NCBI RefSeq assembly: GCF_000012925.1
Contig: NC_007517.1
Span: 3,810,001 to 3,842,000 of the forward strand
Origin: Geobacter metallireducens GS-15
GTDB lineage: Bacteria; Desulfobacterota; Desulfuromonadia; Geobacterales; Geobacteraceae
Reading direction: 5' to 3'
Length of the DNA: 32,000 bases
Shown: positions 29,009 to 32,000 of the stretch, piece by piece
How the letters are laid out: every line of letters begins with the position of its first letter
Numbering within the stretch: the stretch's first letter is position 1
Notes under the pieces: model-generated
The model's input: only the letters and a program-made list of their open reading frames with translations
What the model was told of the DNA's origin: nothing
Databases searched by the model: none
Program-made: the position numbers and the translations under genes

Positions 29009-30757
29009 TTAGCGGGACTCTTTCCGCTCCAGGGGCTCAACCTCCGCAAGGGTGCCGCCGAAGACATCGAGCGCGTCGGCAACCGCGGGATGAGAGGTGG
29101 CGGCCTGCTTCAGGACGGTCTGTTGCTGTTCCTTCTCAACCCTTTTTTTTTCCAGAAGATTGGGAGGAGCTTCCGCCGCGTCAGGAGCAAGGGGACGCAT
29201 GACGAGAACGGGTTCGGCCAAGAAGAACTGGCGAGCCAGCTCCTTCAAGGCAGCCTGGGAGTCGCTGTCCCTGAGGCTGGCCAGGGCGAAGGCGCCTTCC
29301 GGGAAACCGATTTCCAGCCGGTCTGCCGAGACAACAAGCGGACTCCCCTGTTCGAGCATCGAACCGAGTCGCGGCTTGGCACCCTTGACAAGAGCGACGA
29401 AATCAGCCCAGGAATCGCCGGTCCGGCGAGGCTCCGAAACGGGCTTCGCCTCCTCGCGGCGCGGCGCGGGAGCAGAGGGTGCAGCCTGCCGCTCGGCCGG
29501 CCGTGGTGGTGGAGTGGCGGCGGTGCGTTCAGGTGCCCTGGCCGGAGTGGGAGAACCGGCAGGCGCCGGGGGCGTTGCACGCCACTGGGCACGAGCGTCG
29601 GCAACGCCGCCCCCGCTCCCTTCTTCAATCTTGTTCAGACGCTCCAAGAGCTGATCCACCGGCACCGCCGGTGCCAGAGTCGCCATTTTGACCAGGGCCA
29701 TCTCCAGCACGAGCCGGGGGAAGGATGTGTGGCCGAGTTCCCCGTCAGCCCGCAACAGCACCGTCAAGTGCCGCTGGAGGTCATCAAGCGGAACGCTCTC
29801 CGCCTGCTGCCGCAGGGTCGCCAGTTCCGCCTCGGAAAGGTCAAGGAGGTCGGTGCCATCCCCCACCGCCTTGAGGATCAGGAGGTTGCGAAGGTGGTCG
29901 ATGAGCTCTCCGCAGAATTGTCGCATATTGTAGCCGAACTCGTCCACCCGCGCCACGATGTCGAGGACCGTGCGGGTATCCCGGCCAAAGACCGCCGCCG
30001 TGGCATCGAGAAGAAGCCGTCGGTCCACCACCCCCAGGAGGCTCACCACCTCCTCGTCCCGCACCTGGTCGCCACAGAAAGCGAGGACCTGGTCGAGCAC
30101 CGACAGGGAGTCGCGCATGCTCCCGTCCCCCTTGCGAGCCACCATGGTGAGAGACGCGTCACTGATGGCGATCCCCTCCTGGTCCACGATGTGGCGCAGA
30201 CGCCCCACCACCTTGCCGAGCGGTATCCGCCGGAAGTCGAACCGCTGACAGCGGGAGAGAATGGTGATCGGCACCTTGTGGGGCTCGGTGGTGGCGAAGA
30301 TGAACTTGACGTGGGGAGGGGGCTCTTCCAGGGTCTTCAGCAGAGCGTTGAAGGCATTCGTGGAGAGCATGTGGACTTCGTCGATGATGAAGATCTTGTA
30401 GCGGAGCCGGGACGGGAGGTACTTGACGTTTTCCCGCAGCTCCCGGATGTCGTCGACGCCGGTGTTGGAGGCGCCGTCGATCTCGAGGACGTCCACGGCG
30501 GTGCCGGCGGTGATCTCCGTACAGGCGGGACAGACATTGCACGGCTCGGGGCTCATCCCCTGCTCGCAGGTCAGGGCCTTGGCCAGAATACGGGCGGACG
30601 AGGTCTTCCCCACCCCACGGGCGCCGGTGAAAAGGAACGCATGGGCGATGCGGCCGGAATCGATGGCGTTCTGAAGGGTCTGGCTGACATGCTCCTGGCC
30701 GGTCAGGTCGCTGAAGGTCTGGGGGCGCCACTTTCGTGCGAGAACGAGATAGGACAA
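29009..30757 (-). CDS. dnaX: DNA polymerase III subunit tau/gamma (582 aa, TTG start)
   Basis: MSYLVLARKWRPQTF N-terminus, Walker A GARGVGKTS, zinc module CNVCPAC, IFIIDEVHMLS, SRC motif. Pro/Ala-rich linker and C-terminal domain. Confidence 0.95.
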   Translation of the reverse strand: MSYLVLARKWRPQTFSDLTGQEHVSQTLQNAIDSGRIAHAFLFTGARGVGKTSSARILAKALTCEQGMSPEPCNVCPACTEITAGTAVDVLEIDGASNTGVDDIRELRENVKYLPSRLRYKIFIIDEVHMLSTNAFNALLKTLEEPPPHVKFIFATTEPHKVPITILSRCQRFDFRRIPLGKVVGRLRHIVDQEGIAISDASLTMVARKGDGSMRDSLSVLDQVLAFCGDQVRDEEVVSLLGVVDRRLLLDATAAVFGRDTRTVLDIVARVDEFGYNMRQFCGELIDHLRNLLILKAVGDGTDLLDLSEAELATLRQQAESVPLDDLQRHLTVLLRADGELGHTSFPRLVLEMALVKMATLAPAVPVDQLLERLNKIEEGSGGGVADARAQWRATPPAPAGSPTPARAPERTAATPPPRPAERQAAPSAPAPRREEAKPVSEPRRTGDSWADFVALVKGAKPRLGSMLEQGSPLVVSADRLEIGFPEGAFALASLRDSDSQAALKELARQFFLAEPVLVMRPLAPDAAEAPPNLLEKKRVEKEQQQTVLKQAATSHPAVADALDVFGGTLAEVEPLERKESR

Positions 30758-30828
30758 GGGATCAACACCTCACGACGCGGTCGGATGCTTGCGTGCTCGG
30801 AAAGGGGGGAGGGTGTAACGGGGGCGTT

Positions 30829-30954
30829 GCGGGCACAACTGATAGCTGGGCTTCCCCGCGGCACACGGTGTCAGTTACTGCCGTTGCTTCCTTCCGGACC
30901 TGGCGGGGTTCATAACCTACCGTTGCGCGGGACCCAGCTATCAGCTCTGCCCGC
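30829..30954 (-). ncRNA. ffs: Signal recognition particle RNA (small bacterial 4.5S type)
   Basis: Minus strand contains CCAGGTCCGGAAGGAAGCAACGGCAG...CACCGTGTGCCG, matching the conserved domain IV of 4.5S RNA. The closing helix is GCGGGCAGAGCTGATAGCTGGG / CCCAGCTATCAGTTGTGCCCGC. Classic position upstream of dnaX. Ends are accurate to about 5 nt. Confidence 0.82.
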
Positions 30955-31035
30955 AAAAGACGCTCGGCCCGGAACGGAGTCCGGGCCTCGGTGTTATTAT
31001 CACACAAGCCACGGCGGACTTGTCGATTTCCATTA

Positions 31036-31123
31036 TGGCGGAGAGAGAGGGATTCGAACCCTCGGTACCTTGCAGTACACACGATTTCCAGTCGTGCTCC
31101 TTCGACCTCTCGGACATCTCTCC
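31036..31123 (-). tRNA. tRNA-Ser (anticodon GGA), long variable arm, CCA encoded
   Basis: Minus strand: GGAGAGA TG TCCGAGAGGTCGAAGGAG CACGA CT-GGA-AA TCGTG TGTACTGCAAGGTACC GAGGG TTCGAAT CCCTC TCTCTCC G CCA. Confidence 0.93.
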
Positions 31124-31212
31124 GGAACCATGGACTATAGTATAAGCCCCCCGGTTTGTAAAGCCACTTTTTTCTCCCGCTTTTCTCACTGCAGAAGAGC
31201 ATACCGGACAAC

Positions 31213-32000
31213 TCAGAGGCTCGCAAGCTCACGACGGATCTGCTGCTCACGCCACATGGCGCAGTAGAGCCCGTCACGGGCAACCAGGTCGTCATGACTC
31301 CCCTGCTCGGCGATGACGCCATCCTTCAGCACGATGATCCGGTCGCACTCCCGCACAGCCGAGAGGCGGTGGGAGACAACGATGACGGTCCGGTCGCCCC
31401 AATAACCCGAAAGCCCCTCGAGTATCGCCTCTTCGGTCTGGGCGTCCACGGCCGACAAGGGGTCGTCGAGGATCAGAATTGCCGGATTCTTGAGAAGCGC
31501 CCGGGCAATGGCGGCGCGCTGCTTCTGGCCACCGGAGAGGGTCACGCCCCGCTCCCCCACCAGAGTATCGTAGCCGTCGGCGAAACGGAACACATCCCCT
31601 TCCAGGCTGGCAAGGCGCACCGCCCCCGCGATCTCCTCCACGGTCGCCCCCTCCCTGCCATAGGCGATGTTTTCGCGGATGGTGCGGGAAAAGAGAAAGC
31701 TCTCCTGGGGAACGAACCCGATGGCGCTCCGGAGCTGGGCCAGCGGGAGCCGGTTTATGTCGACCCCGTCCAGGAAAATCTTGCCATCCGGAACTGGATA
31801 GAGCCGGGCCAGCAGGCGAACCAGAGTCGATTTACCGCTCCCCACGGGCCCGACAATGCCGAGGCGGGAACCGGCGGGAATAGTGAGCGATATTCCGTCG
31901 AGAATCGGCGGCAACGCCTCCCCCATGCCGTTATATGAGAATCTCACCTCCCGCAGCGCGATCTCACCCCGAGGAGTACAGGCATCGGCCGGCTCCGCCG
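31213..32000 (-). CDS. ABC exporter, C-terminal nucleotide-binding domain; partial gene that continues past the window end
   Basis: Walker A GPVGSGKST, signature LSGGQKQR, Walker B ILILDDPLSAVD, H-loop VVSHRL. The frame appears open from 31948 to position 32000. Confidence 0.88.
   Translation of the reverse strand, partial: AEPADACTPRGEIALREVRFSYNGMGEALPPILDGISLTIPAGSRLGIVGPVGSGKSTLVRLLARLYPVPDGKIFLDGVDINRLPLAQLRSAIGFVPQESFLFSRTIRENIAYGREGATVEEIAGAVRLASLEGDVFRFADGYDTLVGERGVTLSGGQKQRAAIARALLKNPAILILDDPLSAVDAQTEEAILEGLSGYWGDRTVIVVSHRLSAVRECDRIIVLKDGVIAEQGSHDDLVARDGLYCAMWREQQIRRELASL

Noticed and set aside
29006-31267. 753-aa plus-strand ORF
   Set aside because: It runs antisense through dnaX, the SRP RNA and tRNA-Ser. 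It is incompatible with these well-supported features and has low-complexity composition.
20635-32000. Two MsbA-like ABC half-transporter genes that might be a split heterodimer pair
   Set aside because: They are separated by ~8.8 kb of unrelated housekeeping genes and have separate terminators. The sequence gives no evidence that they work together.

Overview
GC-rich (about 60% by eye) chromosomal segment dominated by housekeeping genes, nearly all on the minus strand. The gene content suggests a Geobacter-type (Desulfuromonadales) genome. The order, as I remember it for the origin-proximal region of Geobacter sulfurreducens, is an unverified recollection that needs a BLAST check. Reading high to low on the minus strand: partial ABC exporter, tRNA-Ser(GGA), SRP RNA, dnaX, ybaB, recR, NifJ-type pyruvate:ferredoxin oxidoreductase, mglB-mglA, a second ABC exporter overlapping selB by ATGA, a stand-alone receiver protein, parA-parB, an F1Fo ATP synthase cluster (b-prime, b, delta, alpha, gamma, beta, epsilon, with no a or c genes), pdxA and mtgA. 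On the plus strand there is a PP-loop ATPase. Then on the minus strand come a GspE/PilB-like gene plus pilT, and an exported orphan protein. The left 2.7 kb is the only accessory-looking part: an ISL3-family transposase next to tRNA-Pro(CGG), a REP-like palindrome, an orphan gene tail and an alpha/beta hydrolase. I see no CRISPR array, no defence island and no prophage. The most interesting item is a GspE/PilB homologue that lacks recognisable Walker A, Asp-box and His-box sequences. It keeps a near-consensus tandem MshEN-type c-di-GMP-binding N-terminus and sits 12 nt upstream of a fully canonical PilT. Other observations: a 32-nt perfect copy of the REP-like element lies in frame inside the ABC exporter linker. 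An A9 homopolymer near the 3' end of dnaX has stops just downstream in both shifted frames. A 120-bp island of about 23% G+C splits ybaB from recR. Inverted repeats flank the transposase and overlap the tRNA-Pro 3' end. All functional calls come from motif recognition in the supplied translations, and no searches were run.
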